Shown in pieces: positions 8,789 through 18,459 of a stretch of 64,000 bases of DNA (position 1 is its first letter; each line of letters begins with the position of its first letter). A program made the translations under genes and the position numbers. Source of the DNA: an uncultured Bacteroidales bacterium (GTDB lineage: Bacteria > Bacteroidota > Bacteroidia > Bacteroidales > PUMT01); assembly GCA_964421595.1 (NCBI GenBank), contig CAYQXY010000001.1, positions 70,524 to 134,523 on the forward strand, read 5' to 3'. A model generated the notes under the pieces. The model was given only the letters and a program-made list of their open reading frames with translations, was not told the DNA's origin and did not search any database.

Positions 8789-10522
8789 TTAGTCTCCGCG
8801 TTTAATCCTTAATCTCTGGCCTGGATAAATACGGTTAGCATTACTTAATTCATTAAGTCTTAATATGTCACGATCGGTTACCCCCGGAAACTGTCGGGCA
8901 ATTTCCCAAAGAGTGTCACCCTGACGTACAGTGTAATACAAGAATTCCCCCGACCCGTCCGGGGTCAAAGCTGTTGAAGGTTGATTTGTTGCAGGAGTCC
9001 TTCCTACTCTTGCCTGCTTCTGAGCAAAACTGAGGCTGTTAACTGCATTAAAATAATCTGTCTGGCTGGAAGGAACATGGATCACAAGCCTCTGACCTGG
9101 TCGTATAATGTTCCCCCTGATATTGTTCCAGCTTCGAAGGTTAGCTACACTTACATTATACCATCTTGAGATAACGCCCAGATTATCACCCGATTTAACT
9201 GTATAATGAACCGGTGACCGGCCGGAAGGAACCGAAGCCGCGGCAGTACTGCTTAATGGCCCGGCGGTCAGGTTTGCACGATTCAGGTAAAGATCTGCCC
9301 TGTGAGCAGAGATGCTGTCAATATTGTCAATGAAGCGTGATGAATAATCTACAGGAAGCCTGAGAGAATAGGAACGGTCACGTGCAGGAATAATATCGCT
9401 CAGGTATTGCGGATTCATATCTCTAAGCATTTCTACAGGAATATCAAGTACTTCAGAGATCTGCATCAAATGCATCTCCTGATGGATCATTATTGTGTCG
9501 GTATAAACAGGAAAATCAACTGCAATTGGCACCAGTTTATGTTCGTCATAATAGTGCATCGCATAGGTGGCTGCAACAAAAGCAGGCACATAGCCCCTTG
9601 TCTCCCTGGGCAAATAGTTATAAATAGCCCAGTAATTACGCGCTCCTCCTGCCCGTCTGATTGCCCTGTTAACATTTCCGGGCCCGCAATTGTAGGCAGC
9701 AAGTGCAAGAGTCCAGTCTTTATAAATACCATGCAGGTCCCTCAGGTATCTGGCGGCTGCATGGGATGATGCCAAAGGATCACGGCGCTCATCAACCAGT
9801 GAATTCATGTTCAGATTATACATTCTGGCAGTCCCAAACATAAACTGCCACATCCCGGTGGCCTTTGCCCTTGAAACAGCACGCGGATTCAGGGCTGATT
9901 CAATGACAGGCAAATACCTGAGCTCCAGGGGGAGTCCGTACTGATCGAGCACCTCTTCAAACATAGGGAAATAATAATCGGTAAGCCCCAGCATTACTTC
10001 CATCTGGCCTCTTCTGTTTTTGGTGTACACCCCGATATAGGCTTTAACTACATTATTATAAGACAGATCAATTACAGAAGGAATATTGCTTAGCCTTTTT
10101 ATGTATACTGAGTCATGAAACTCCGGGATAGGAAATAGTGAAGTATCACGCTCTGTGAGGTGACTGGCTATTCTGGGAGACTGCCGTATATACCAAAGCT
10201 GAAGCAGGCTGTCAAGGTTAGTTTCAAAATGTAATTCAACCTCATCATCAATATCAGTAACACCAACATCCCTGGTAGAAGCCGGTTGATATACCGGTCT
10301 GTCAGGATCATGATCAGGCAGAGCATTGGCTTCTTCCGGAACAACAGCCAGTCCCTGTTCAGGGTCGGAAGTTTCAAACGCGCTGTCCAGCACCGCGACA
10401 ATAGCTTCATATGACTCGTCTGTGGCGGCTACAGGGCTTGTTTCATTTTCATTTATTCTTGACTGTGAAGAACACCCTAACAAGAATAGCAGACTGATAT
10501 TTAATACGATAAGGTTTTTCAT
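8789..10522 (-). CDS. MltD-like lytic murein transglycosylase lipoprotein (SLT domain plus two LysM domains)
   Basis: 577 aa with lipobox LLGC. SLT motifs are GMWQFMFGTARMY and AAYNCGPGNVNRAIR. There are two C-terminal LysM units (YTVKSGDNLGVISRWY... and YTVRQGDTLWEIARQF...). Confidence 0.85.
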   Translation of the reverse strand: MKNLIVLNISLLFLLGCSSQSRINENETSPVAATDESYEAIVAVLDSAFETSDPEQGLAVVPEEANALPDHDPDRPVYQPASTRDVGVTDIDDEVELHFETNLDSLLQLWYIRQSPRIASHLTERDTSLFPIPEFHDSVYIKRLSNIPSVIDLSYNNVVKAYIGVYTKNRRGQMEVMLGLTDYYFPMFEEVLDQYGLPLELRYLPVIESALNPRAVSRAKATGMWQFMFGTARMYNLNMNSLVDERRDPLASSHAAARYLRDLHGIYKDWTLALAAYNCGPGNVNRAIRRAGGARNYWAIYNYLPRETRGYVPAFVAATYAMHYYDEHKLVPIAVDFPVYTDTIMIHQEMHLMQISEVLDIPVEMLRDMNPQYLSDIIPARDRSYSLRLPVDYSSRFIDNIDSISAHRADLYLNRANLTAGPLSSTAAASVPSGRSPVHYTVKSGDNLGVISRWYNVSVANLRSWNNIRGNIIRPGQRLVIHVPSSQTDYFNAVNSLSFAQKQARVGRTPATNQPSTALTPDGSGEFLYYTVRQGDTLWEIARQFPGVTDRDILRLNELSNANRIYPGQRLRIKRGD

Positions 10523-10551
10523 ATCCTGTTAATTTTTAGAATGTAAAGATA

Positions 10552-11187
10552 TTAAAAATTTAAACTGAATCGGACTCCCAGTCCGAATTGTGATCCCGGT
10601 TTTCCCGGAACCGGCTGGCTGGCGCCCCTGAAGGAGGGTCCCAGCTTCATTCCGAGATCGTCACTTACATCGAATTCATATAAATGAGCATCTACTGCTG
10701 CATCTATAATAGTAATTGCGTAAAACACTGCCGTAAAGATAACTGTACGGTCACGTTCCCTCCTGTAATAATCTTTAAACCTGGTAAGCACTTCTTCGGT
10801 ATAGCGGGGATCTCCGTCAAACTCATTTACCGTTGAAGGATTATTATCAGTTGCATAATCCAGGGCAGTCCTGTAACGGACAAATTCATCATGAGCAAAA
10901 AATGTATACCAGGTGAGTCCGGCAAATCCACCATATACGATCGGTACTTTCCAGTATTTTCTGTTGTAAATCTGTCCGAGTCCGGGCAAAACTGCAGCAT
11001 ACATGGAAGCTTTCCGCGGATCAGGACTATATCGTACTCGTTCCTGAAGGTAGTTATCATCAGAAACACTTATATCCTGCACAGGGACAACCTCCTGACA
11101 ATTACCTGATATAAAAGGGTGCAGAAGGATAAGTATGATTATGGTACGTAATAATCTATTCAACTTGGAATTATGTTCAGATACCAC
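10552..11187 (-). CDS. DUF5683-like membrane protein
   Basis: 211 aa. The AAVLPGLGQIYNRKYWKVPIVYGGFAG segment and the position immediately downstream of parB are typical of Bacteroidota. Confidence 0.6.
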   Translation of the reverse strand: MVSEHNSKLNRLLRTIIILILLHPFISGNCQEVVPVQDISVSDDNYLQERVRYSPDPRKASMYAAVLPGLGQIYNRKYWKVPIVYGGFAGLTWYTFFAHDEFVRYRTALDYATDNNPSTVNEFDGDPRYTEEVLTRFKDYYRRERDRTVIFTAVFYAITIIDAAVDAHLYEFDVSDDLGMKLGPSFRGASQPVPGKPGSQFGLGVRFSLNF

Positions 11188-11210
11188 AACATAACGTACC
11201 GGAAAATGAT

Positions 11211-12098
11211 TTAAGTATTCAGTTTGTCAAGCAAACCTACAATTCTTTCAAGTTCATCATTGGTACTGAAAGGAATCACTATCTTGCCCTTACCTTTCTC
11301 GTTCCTTCTGAATTCAATATTGGTGCCAAAGAAACCAGCCAGATGGTCGCGCAGGGATTCATAATCATTCAGAAATGTTTCGGTAGAGGATGGTTCCGGC
11401 TCCTTATCTCCGGCTGTCTTCGAACTTTGAAGTTCTCTTACAACCTCTTCTACTTTCCTCACAGAAAGATCATTATTTATAATTCTGTGATAAATTTCTA
11501 TCTGTAAATCAGGGTCATCAATTCCAATTATAGTGCGGGCATGCCCCATGGTTATCTGTTTATGCTTTATTCCGAGCTGGATTTCTGCAGGTAACCTGAG
11601 CAACCGTATATAATTTGAGATTGTCGAACGCTTCTTCCCCACCCTCTCACTAAGATTTTCCTGGGTGAGGCTGCATTCATCCATTAGCCGCTGATAACTT
11701 ATTGCCACTTCTATAGCGTCAAGGTCTTCTCTCTGAATATTTTCAACCAGGGCCATTTCAAGGAGGGCCTGATCATCGGCTGTCCTGATGTATACAGGGA
11801 TTTTCTTCATTCCAATCATACCCGCGGCCCTGAAACGGCGTTCCCCGGCAATAAGCTGGTATTTCCCGTCTCCCTTGTGCCTCACCGTTACGGGTTGTAT
11901 AATGCCGAGTTCCTTAATTGAGGAAGCCAGTTCATTAAGCGACTCCTCTTCAAACCGGGTTCTGGGCTGAAACGGGTTGGCTTCAATAAGGCTAAGCTCC
12001 ATTTCGTCATGACCGGAGGCATTATTTCGCTGGCGTGGTTCCTGATCTGTAATCAATGCACCAAGACCCCTACCCAAAGCATTTTTCTTTGCAGCCAT
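11211..12098 (-). CDS. parB: Chromosome partitioning protein ParB
   Basis: 295 aa. It has IQPVTVR, LIAGERRFRAA and an HTH segment (LSERVGKKRSTISNYIRLLRL). Confidence 0.9.
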   Translation of the reverse strand: MAAKKNALGRGLGALITDQEPRQRNNASGHDEMELSLIEANPFQPRTRFEEESLNELASSIKELGIIQPVTVRHKGDGKYQLIAGERRFRAAGMIGMKKIPVYIRTADDQALLEMALVENIQREDLDAIEVAISYQRLMDECSLTQENLSERVGKKRSTISNYIRLLRLPAEIQLGIKHKQITMGHARTIIGIDDPDLQIEIYHRIINNDLSVRKVEEVVRELQSSKTAGDKEPEPSSTETFLNDYESLRDHLAGFFGTNIEFRRNEKGKGKIVIPFSTNDELERIVGLLDKLNT

Positions 12099-12261
12099 TA
12101 TCTATTATTTCTTAAAATTTAGTTCGATAAACTTAATTGTCATATATTTTCAGCCATACTATGGCCAGTTAACCGGATATCTTTAATTCCTGATGATTGC
12201 ACCAACAAGTTGTGCAATTTATACTAAATTACGGTCAGGAAAAAGCAACTTCCAAAAATCA

Positions 12262-13062
12262 CTACTCTATAACCTTATCAGCGTTTTTTATCCTGGTTTT
12301 ATCATTATTCTGAAGAACTTCCCTCGCAAGGTTCAGGTAGTTTACGGCACCTGTCGAATTAACATCATACATAAGGACCGGCTTCCCAAAACTCGGAGCC
12401 TCACTTAGCTTGATATTCCGCTGAACGACTGTTTCAAATACCATTTGCTGGAAGTGCTTCTTAACTTCCTCAACAACCTGGTTAGACAGGCGCAGACGAG
12501 CATCGTACATGGTCAGAAGGAAACCTTCAATTTCAAGTGTAGTATTCAGTCGGGTCTGAACTATCTTTATGGTGTTGAGCAATTTTCCTAGTCCTTCGAG
12601 TGCAAAATATTCACACTGGACAGGTATAAGGACTGAATGGGATGCAGTAAGCGCATTCAGAGTAATTAATCCCAAAGAAGGAGAGCAGTCTATTAGTATA
12701 AAATCGTATATGTCATCTATTTTCGCTATCACCGATTTCAGAATCTGTTCGCGGTTTGGCAGATTGGTCATTTCTATCTCTGCTCCAACCAGATCTATAT
12801 GAGAGGGTATAAGATCGAGCTTTTCAACCTCAGTATTTAAAATAATACTATTTGGATCCAGATCATCAATAAGGCACTCATAAATACTGGTTTTAATCGT
12901 CCTTATATCGAAACCCAGACCGGATGTGGCGTTTGCCTGAGGGTCTGCATCAATGAGAAGAACTTTTTGATCCAGTACCGCCAGACTTGCTGCAAGATTG
13001 ATCGCGGTTGTTGTTTTCCCTACGCCTCCCTTCTGGTTCGCTAGTGCAATTATTTTGGCCAT
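12262..13062 (-). CDS. parA: Chromosome partitioning ATPase ParA/Soj
   Basis: 266 aa with the deviant Walker [12 protein letters not shown] and a ParA-type body ([12 protein letters not shown]). Confidence 0.9.
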   Translation of the reverse strand: MAKIIALANQKGGVGKTTTAINLAASLAVLDQKVLLIDADPQANATSGLGFDIRTIKTSIYECLIDDLDPNSIILNTEVEKLDLIPSHIDLVGAEIEMTNLPNREQILKSVIAKIDDIYDFILIDCSPSLGLITLNALTASHSVLIPVQCEYFALEGLGKLLNTIKIVQTRLNTTLEIEGFLLTMYDARLRLSNQVVEEVKKHFQQMVFETVVQRNIKLSEAPSFGKPVLMYDVNSTGAVNYLNLAREVLQNNDKTRIKNADKVIE

Positions 13063-13437
13063 TTATAATTCTTTTTTTGTAAAAATTTTCTCCACAATAA
13101 TAATAAAATTATTCCAAGAGAGATCAAAAGTACAACTTAAATGACAGAACAGATGAAGAGCATTTATTGTGAGTTTTAAACAAAAAATGAAAGCTTTTCA
13201 ACAGATTATGAACAATTGGAGCGGAATTACCTCATTTGCAATCGTCTGTCCGGCATCCCGGTTAAGTCTATAAATTAAATTTGTTTATAAATAAAGTATT
13301 GTTCATAAGCGGCTAATACAAACATAAATCTCGTGCAATTATAATGTACAATCGAAGGAATTATCCGAACTTGTGAAAAAAGAAAAAAAAGTATAGGTTT
13401 GGCGGTAATTTTAGGAATTCATTTTATTCTTTTCAGA

Positions 13438-14382
13438 ATGACACCAGAAACAAATGATTCGCACCTCGTGATAATAAATCCAAATGCAGGCAGGCGGAAA
13501 GGGCAAAAAGACTGGGACAGGATTTCAAAATTGCTCCATGAAGCCGGCATACATTTCAAAGCAGTGTTTACACAGGCTAAGAGACATGCGATTGATATCA
13601 CAGTCTTCCATATCGAGAACGGCTATAAAAATCTTATTGTTGTCGGTGGAGATGGCACAATGAATGAGGTGGTTAATGGAATTTTTTTACAAAAACGCTA
13701 TCCAACATCAGATATCTCACTTGGAATGATAACTGTTGGAACAGGTAATGACTGGGGCCGCATGTTCAATATTCCCAGGGAATACAGGGAGGCTATTGCA
13801 ACAATCAGGACCAATAACAGTTTTATTCAGGATGCAGGCGTTGTAAAATATTTTCACGGTGAACAGCAAAGCAGCAGGTATTTTGTCAATATAGCAGGTA
13901 TCGGATTTGATGCACTTGTAGTAAGCAAAACCAATAAAATGAAGGAAGATGGGAAAGGCGGTCCGCTGGCTTACCTGAAAAGCATAATACTCAGTCTCAT
14001 AAAATACCGCCATACATACACAAAAATCAACATAGACAATCGGCTGATAAATAATAATGTATTCAATATCAGTATAGGCATATGTAAATTTAACGGGGGT
14101 GGGATGATGCAACTTCCTGATGCGGTTGCCGACGACGGACTGTTTGATGTAACCGTCATAAACAAGATAAGGAAATTTGATGTTATCCTGAATCTTCAGC
14201 GGCTGTACAATGGTACAATCACCAAACATCGGCTGGTGGAGACCTATAAGGGAAAATCGATCATGATAGATTCAGATCCGGTTATACATCTTGAAACTGA
14301 CGGAGAAACCCTTGGCCACAGTCCCTTTACCTTTGAGATAATACCACGGAGTATAAGAGTTGTAATTGGCGAAACTGCCTGA
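13438..14382 (+). CDS. Diacylglycerol/lipid kinase family protein (YegS/BmrU type)
   Basis: It has the VVGGDGTMNEVVNG motif. I place the start at ATG 13438 (MTPETNDSHLVIINPNAGRRKG) rather than at the TTG at 13399 used by the ORF track. Confidence 0.8.
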   Translation: MTPETNDSHLVIINPNAGRRKGQKDWDRISKLLHEAGIHFKAVFTQAKRHAIDITVFHIENGYKNLIVVGGDGTMNEVVNGIFLQKRYPTSDISLGMITVGTGNDWGRMFNIPREYREAIATIRTNNSFIQDAGVVKYFHGEQQSSRYFVNIAGIGFDALVVSKTNKMKEDGKGGPLAYLKSIILSLIKYRHTYTKINIDNRLINNNVFNISIGICKFNGGGMMQLPDAVADDGLFDVTVINKIRKFDVILNLQRLYNGTITKHRLVETYKGKSIMIDSDPVIHLETDGETLGHSPFTFEIIPRSIRVVIGETA

Positions 14383-14386
14383 CCTC

Positions 14387-15493
14387 TTATTTGGCGACAA
14401 GCTCGATCTCAAAAAGCCGGGGCCAGTTCTTGCCGGTTACAAAAAGCCGGTCATTTGTATGATCATAAGCAATCCCGTTCAATACATCAAGCCTTGGGTG
14501 ATGATACCGCCGGTCAAGCAATCCTGTCAGGTCAATGACACTTTTCACCCTACCGGTTTCACGTTCTATTCGTACTATCCTATCAGTACCGTAAACATTG
14601 GCATAAATCAATCCATCCCTGAATTCCAGTTCATTCAGGTTATTGATTTTGCCGTTATGATCAAATACCTCAATTCGCCCTGTCTCAGAAAAATATTGTG
14701 GATCGAGAATATAAATATTATGGGATCCGTCACTTTTCAGAAGATTTGTTCCATCACTTGTCAGTCCCCAACCTTCCGTATCATAATAAACCCGGTTAAG
14801 CAACCTGAAAGTTTCCTTATCATAAATAAATCCTACACGTGATTTCCATGTCAGCTGGTAAAGTTGACCGTCATGCACACACAGTCCCTCTCCAAACATT
14901 TCTCTGTCAAGACTCACGCTTCGAAGAACCTCTCCTGTTTCAAGGTCTACCTTCCGCAAAGTTGACTGACCATACTGTCCGGTAGATTCATACAGGAATC
15001 CGCTGTCATATACAAGTCCCTGGGTAAACGCCCTTATATCATGGGGAAAACTGTTAACAATCCTGAATGAGAATTCCTCAGGAATAATATCCGAATGGAG
15101 AATGATTTGCAGCGGATAAGTCTCAGAGCTCTGATCGTCAAACCCTATAACCAGATTTAAATTTCTGGCACCAACCGGCTGTCCTCTGGTACTCCATACA
15201 ATATTACCCGGAACCTGCCCGGAAAACTCTGCGTCACTGCCATTAACTTTAAGCACTGTGGAAGTAACCATCTTTTCAGTGTTACTGAAAGAGAGGGATA
15301 TTTCCACGTCATCACCGGTTATAAAAACACTTCCTGCTTTAGGCTGGTCAATTTTCCCGGAAAGCCGTGCTGTCGAACCTTCTTGCCGTGGCCTGTCCTG
15401 ATCAGGCCGACTGCTTCTGTTTCTGGGCGCTTCAGCACAACATGTCAGTAAAATAATTAAAAGCGACCAGGTAAATAATGAAAATTTCTGCAT
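14387..15493 (-). CDS. Glutaminyl-peptide cyclotransferase (beta-propeller type) with an N-terminal extension
   Basis: 368 aa with a signal/lipobox (LLTC). The C-terminal ~260 aa reads FPHDIRAFTQGLVYDSGFLYESTGQYGQSTLRKVDLETGEV...FGEGL...LYQLTWKSRVGFIYD, typical of the glutamine cyclotransferase family. An extra ~110-aa domain precedes it. Confidence 0.8.
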   Translation of the reverse strand: MQKFSLFTWSLLIILLTCCAEAPRNRSSRPDQDRPRQEGSTARLSGKIDQPKAGSVFITGDDVEISLSFSNTEKMVTSTVLKVNGSDAEFSGQVPGNIVWSTRGQPVGARNLNLVIGFDDQSSETYPLQIILHSDIIPEEFSFRIVNSFPHDIRAFTQGLVYDSGFLYESTGQYGQSTLRKVDLETGEVLRSVSLDREMFGEGLCVHDGQLYQLTWKSRVGFIYDKETFRLLNRVYYDTEGWGLTSDGTNLLKSDGSHNIYILDPQYFSETGRIEVFDHNGKINNLNELEFRDGLIYANVYGTDRIVRIERETGRVKSVIDLTGLLDRRYHHPRLDVLNGIAYDHTNDRLFVTGKNWPRLFEIELVAK

Positions 15494-15522
15494 AATAAAC
15501 TCTTAACTTCATTTATGCTTAA

Positions 15523-15927
15523 CTACCTGCCTATTACCTTCTTCCAGAAACCCGGCCTTTGCCTGGCAGATTTGGGCTGCTCTTTGCCATCAATTTGATT
15601 AAGCATTTGCCATATTTCGCTCCATCCGGGGAAACCTCCTATATTTCTGTCATCAATAAAAACGTGTGCATGAATTTTCCTGCTAATGCCTGATTCGTAA
15701 ACTTCCTCAGGATAGCTCTGATTTATTGCATAAAATTCGATTCCATATTTTTTGCAGTATTCTACAGCTTCTTCCAGTTCATTGCCTGACCGGTATGTCC
15801 ACAATATCAGCTGATGTTTCTGCTTTTGAAGTTCCTTGAGAGTTTCGAAAGCAAATAGCATTGGTTTCCCAATTTCAGGATACGCATCTTCCACAATTGT
15901 CCCGTCAAAATCTATAGCTATTTTCAT
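15523..15927 (-). CDS. Small HAD-superfamily phosphatase (BT0820-like)
   Basis: 134 aa starting MKIAIDFDGTIVED (DxDGT catalytic motif), with a later FIDDR. Confidence 0.6.
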   Translation of the reverse strand: MKIAIDFDGTIVEDAYPEIGKPMLFAFETLKELQKQKHQLILWTYRSGNELEEAVEYCKKYGIEFYAINQSYPEEVYESGISRKIHAHVFIDDRNIGGFPGWSEIWQMLNQIDGKEQPKSARQRPGFWKKVIGR

Positions 15928-15951
15928 TATAAAAAATGTAAATTGTTATCA

Positions 15952-17034
15952 TCATAAATTCTCATCCCTTCTGAATACGTATCTGACTGAGAAAATGTTC
16001 GAATACAAAGATATTGTACGGGGTGAAATATTACTGATCGCATAATCAAGATAAAAATTTCCTAAATGTAAGCCTAATCCGGCTGAAGGATCTGCGGTCA
16101 CCCTCTTTTGGCCGTGAAATTCGTTAATTCGCTGCATATTTCCAAGGCCGGCCCTGAAAAAAACCAGGTTGCCATAATTAAACTCAAGACCAAGCAGTGG
16201 TTCCATACTGATAATATCACCACTAATAACATCAGATCTCCTGCCATCGAAAGTAAAGGAGGAATTTATCTCAGCAAGAATTGAAAATTTCTTATTTACA
16301 GGGAAAATTCGGGACAATCCGATATACAAACCTGGAAGAGTCATCTCCAGGGAATTATCAGGGGGCAGGTTAAAAAGAGAATCACCAACCTCAATTATCA
16401 GTTCTTCACTATTAAACTGCCAGGCATTAAATGTGCTGGTTGCATCACGTAAAACAGCTCCGATTACCCATTTCTCAGTTTTGTATTTTGCTGCCAGATC
16501 TATTCCGAATCCCCAGGCTGATGCAAACTCACCTATTAGCCTTCTTATAATCTTGACATTCCCTCCAAGGTCAAGCCCTTCTATAGCGGAAGCCCTTGAA
16601 TAGGAAAGAAGCAGCGCATAATCAGCTGCTGAAAATCTGTTGATGCGGTCATAATCGATATTCCCTTCAGAGTCAATCAGGTCAACGGTATTAGGAATAT
16701 CATCAACTCCGTATCGCAGTAGCGTTATCGCTACTGCGCTTCGATCGTCAAGCCGGCTGGCACCGCCCAGGTAATCAAACCGGGCAATACCGGCAAAATA
16801 CTGAGCATGCATCAAAGCAGCCTGGTGTACACCTGACAACCTGACAAGACCGGCCGGATTCCAGTATGCAGCTGTCACATCATCGGCAGTTGCAACAAAA
16901 GCACGTCCCATTCCAATCGATCTTGCACCTGCTCCTACATTCAGGAACTCGTTTGAATATTTCGCAGGCTGCGAAAATGCAACTACTGTCAATAAATTCA
17001 GTAATAATAAGATCATTGGATATCTGCCTGACAT
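15952..17034 (-). CDS. PorV/PorQ-family outer-membrane beta-barrel (T9SS-associated family)
   Basis: 360 aa with a signal peptide. The motif GAGARSIGMGRAFVATADDVTAAYWNPAGL is characteristic of this barrel family. Confidence 0.6.
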   Translation of the reverse strand: MSGRYPMILLLLNLLTVVAFSQPAKYSNEFLNVGAGARSIGMGRAFVATADDVTAAYWNPAGLVRLSGVHQAALMHAQYFAGIARFDYLGGASRLDDRSAVAITLLRYGVDDIPNTVDLIDSEGNIDYDRINRFSAADYALLLSYSRASAIEGLDLGGNVKIIRRLIGEFASAWGFGIDLAAKYKTEKWVIGAVLRDATSTFNAWQFNSEELIIEVGDSLFNLPPDNSLEMTLPGLYIGLSRIFPVNKKFSILAEINSSFTFDGRRSDVISGDIISMEPLLGLEFNYGNLVFFRAGLGNMQRINEFHGQKRVTADPSAGLGLHLGNFYLDYAISNISPRTISLYSNIFSVRYVFRRDENL

Positions 17035-17123
17035 TCTAGCTGTTTTATAATTAAAAAGCTCCGGAAATGATTTACCTGTTAATATTAATATTTACTGAAT
17101 CGCACAACATACAAATTTTAACT

Positions 17124-17131
17124 TATTTTTG
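17124..17131 (+). promoter_or_regulatory. Bacteroidota -7 box (TAnnTTTG) upstream of pssA
   Basis: TATTTTTG lies about 45 nt upstream of the pssA ATG. Confidence 0.45.
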
Positions 17132-17175
17132 CACTATTTATTGTAATTAACAGCAGCGCTGCCCAAAGGAATTAA

Positions 17176-17958
17176 ATGATGATGACCAGCTTTAGAAAAA
17201 CCCTCAGTAAAAACATTCCGAATATCTTTACCATGTTAAACCTGATGTCAGGTTGCCTGGCAATTTTATTGAGTTTTCACGACATTGCACTTGCAGGACT
17301 TATGGTACTGCTTGCCGGATTTTTCGATTTTGCCGATGGCATGGCAGCCAGAATATTTAATGCATATTCAGACTTTGGCAAGGAGCTGGATTCCCTTGCT
17401 GATATGGTCAGCTTCGGTGTTGCACCCTCCTTTATTCTTTATCAACTGTTAAAGATGTCACTAATCGTATCCAATCCCTTATTTAACCTTGAGCTCCTTA
17501 AGGGCACAGAAATATTGATCCTTTCATCCTCATTTTTGCCTGCTCTTTTCACTTCAGTCAGACTGGCGAAATTCAATACTTCCGGAGATGAATCAGTATT
17601 CAGGGGACTGCCTTCCCCTTCCTCGGGAATTTTTTTCGCATCCCTAGGTTATATCCTGCTTACAACTGATTCAGAAAGTATCCAGTTTTTATTACTGAAT
17701 ACGAGCCTTCTTCTCATTATCAACATTACCATTTCAATTCTTATGGTAACTACCTTGCCAATGTTCACTATCAAATTCCGGAACTTAAAGTTTGCCGACA
17801 ATAAGATCAGGTACTTTTTTGCCATCCCTTCGATTTTTATTTTTATTTATCTCGGTGTAAAATCTATACCATTGATCATCTTATGGTATATAATACTTTC
17901 AGTTGGCATGACAGTCATTCCAAAAATGTCTGCAGGGTCAGCTGACAGGAGAGACTGA
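17176..17958 (+). CDS. pssA: CDP-diacylglycerol--serine O-phosphatidyltransferase
   Basis: 260 aa. The CDP-alcohol phosphatidyltransferase motif is DFADGMAARIFNAYSDFGKELDSLADMVSFG. The protein is polytopic. Confidence 0.8.
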   Translation: MMMTSFRKTLSKNIPNIFTMLNLMSGCLAILLSFHDIALAGLMVLLAGFFDFADGMAARIFNAYSDFGKELDSLADMVSFGVAPSFILYQLLKMSLIVSNPLFNLELLKGTEILILSSSFLPALFTSVRLAKFNTSGDESVFRGLPSPSSGIFFASLGYILLTTDSESIQFLLLNTSLLLIINITISILMVTTLPMFTIKFRNLKFADNKIRYFFAIPSIFIFIYLGVKSIPLIILWYIILSVGMTVIPKMSAGSADRRD

Positions 17959-18051
17959 ATTAATTTGTTACCGGAAATATAACAGGCGTGTACATGATCA
18001 GTCAATGTCTGACACCAATACCATGATTTAGTGTGGTGAACAGTCTTGAGT

Positions 18052-18333
18052 TCATTCGTTTCTGTTCCCGACCTCATGCTGTATCCGGATTGACTCCCTG
18101 TGTATAAGTTGAAGGATGTCTGCGGTAAAGATTTCCGGCAATCCGGCCTTGATGGCATACTCCCGTCTTGATGCCATTACCTCATCCCACCGGCCTGACT
18201 GCAATATTGGTATTCCCCTGTCACCTTTTATTTTACCTATTTTTTCAGAATATTTAAATCTTTCTTTCAGGAGGTCGATAAGCTGTTTATCTATCCTGTC
18301 AATATTTTCGCGGTATTTTTCAAGCTCGGTCAT
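18052..18333 (-). CDS. Chorismate mutase (AroQ class)
   Basis: 93 aa. The LEKYRENIDRIDKQLIDLLKERFKYSEKIGKIK helix pattern is typical of AroQ mutases. Confidence 0.75.
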   Translation of the reverse strand: MTELEKYRENIDRIDKQLIDLLKERFKYSEKIGKIKGDRGIPILQSGRWDEVMASRREYAIKAGLPEIFTADILQLIHRESIRIQHEVGNRNE

Positions 18334-18379
18334 AGTTCAGATTTGAAAACAAAAATAACAAAAATACTGCCATGCCACG

Positions 18380-18414
18380 AAAAAAAGCTGTCCCGGCATT
18401 ACTTCCGGGACAGC
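18380..18414 (-). terminator. Intrinsic terminator downstream of the 18460-20373 gene
   Basis: A perfect 10-bp stem, GCTGTCCCGG / CCGGGACAGC, with an 8-nt loop. It is preceded on the plus strand by AAAAAAA, which is a U-run on the minus transcript. Confidence 0.7.
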
Positions 18415-18459
18415 CCTGTGTTCTGTAAGATGTTAATTATCGCCAGCAGGAGCGTTTCT

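Noticed and set aside
12099-12261. An unusual 163-nt gap between parA and parB with a GCCATA-C-TATGGC palindrome
   Set aside because: It is a short 6-bp palindrome with no repeat family membership and no ORF. There is not enough evidence to call it a regulatory site or a parS.
13063-13437. Replication origin next to parA
   Set aside because: This is an AT-rich 375-nt spacer, but I found only one near-match to a DnaA box (TTCTCCACA near 13089). There is no box cluster and no dnaA or dnaN nearby.
13717-14229. Long antisense or shadow ORFs. Examples: 13717-14229 (-), 14366-14842 (+), 43580-44194 (+), 60786-61379 (+), 31282-31713 (+), 21312-21731 (-), 9407-9769 (+)
   Set aside because: Each lies entirely inside, and opposite to or out of frame with, a gene that has strong family motifs. 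Their translations are low-complexity or Cys/Arg/Ser-rich, as is typical of shadow frames.
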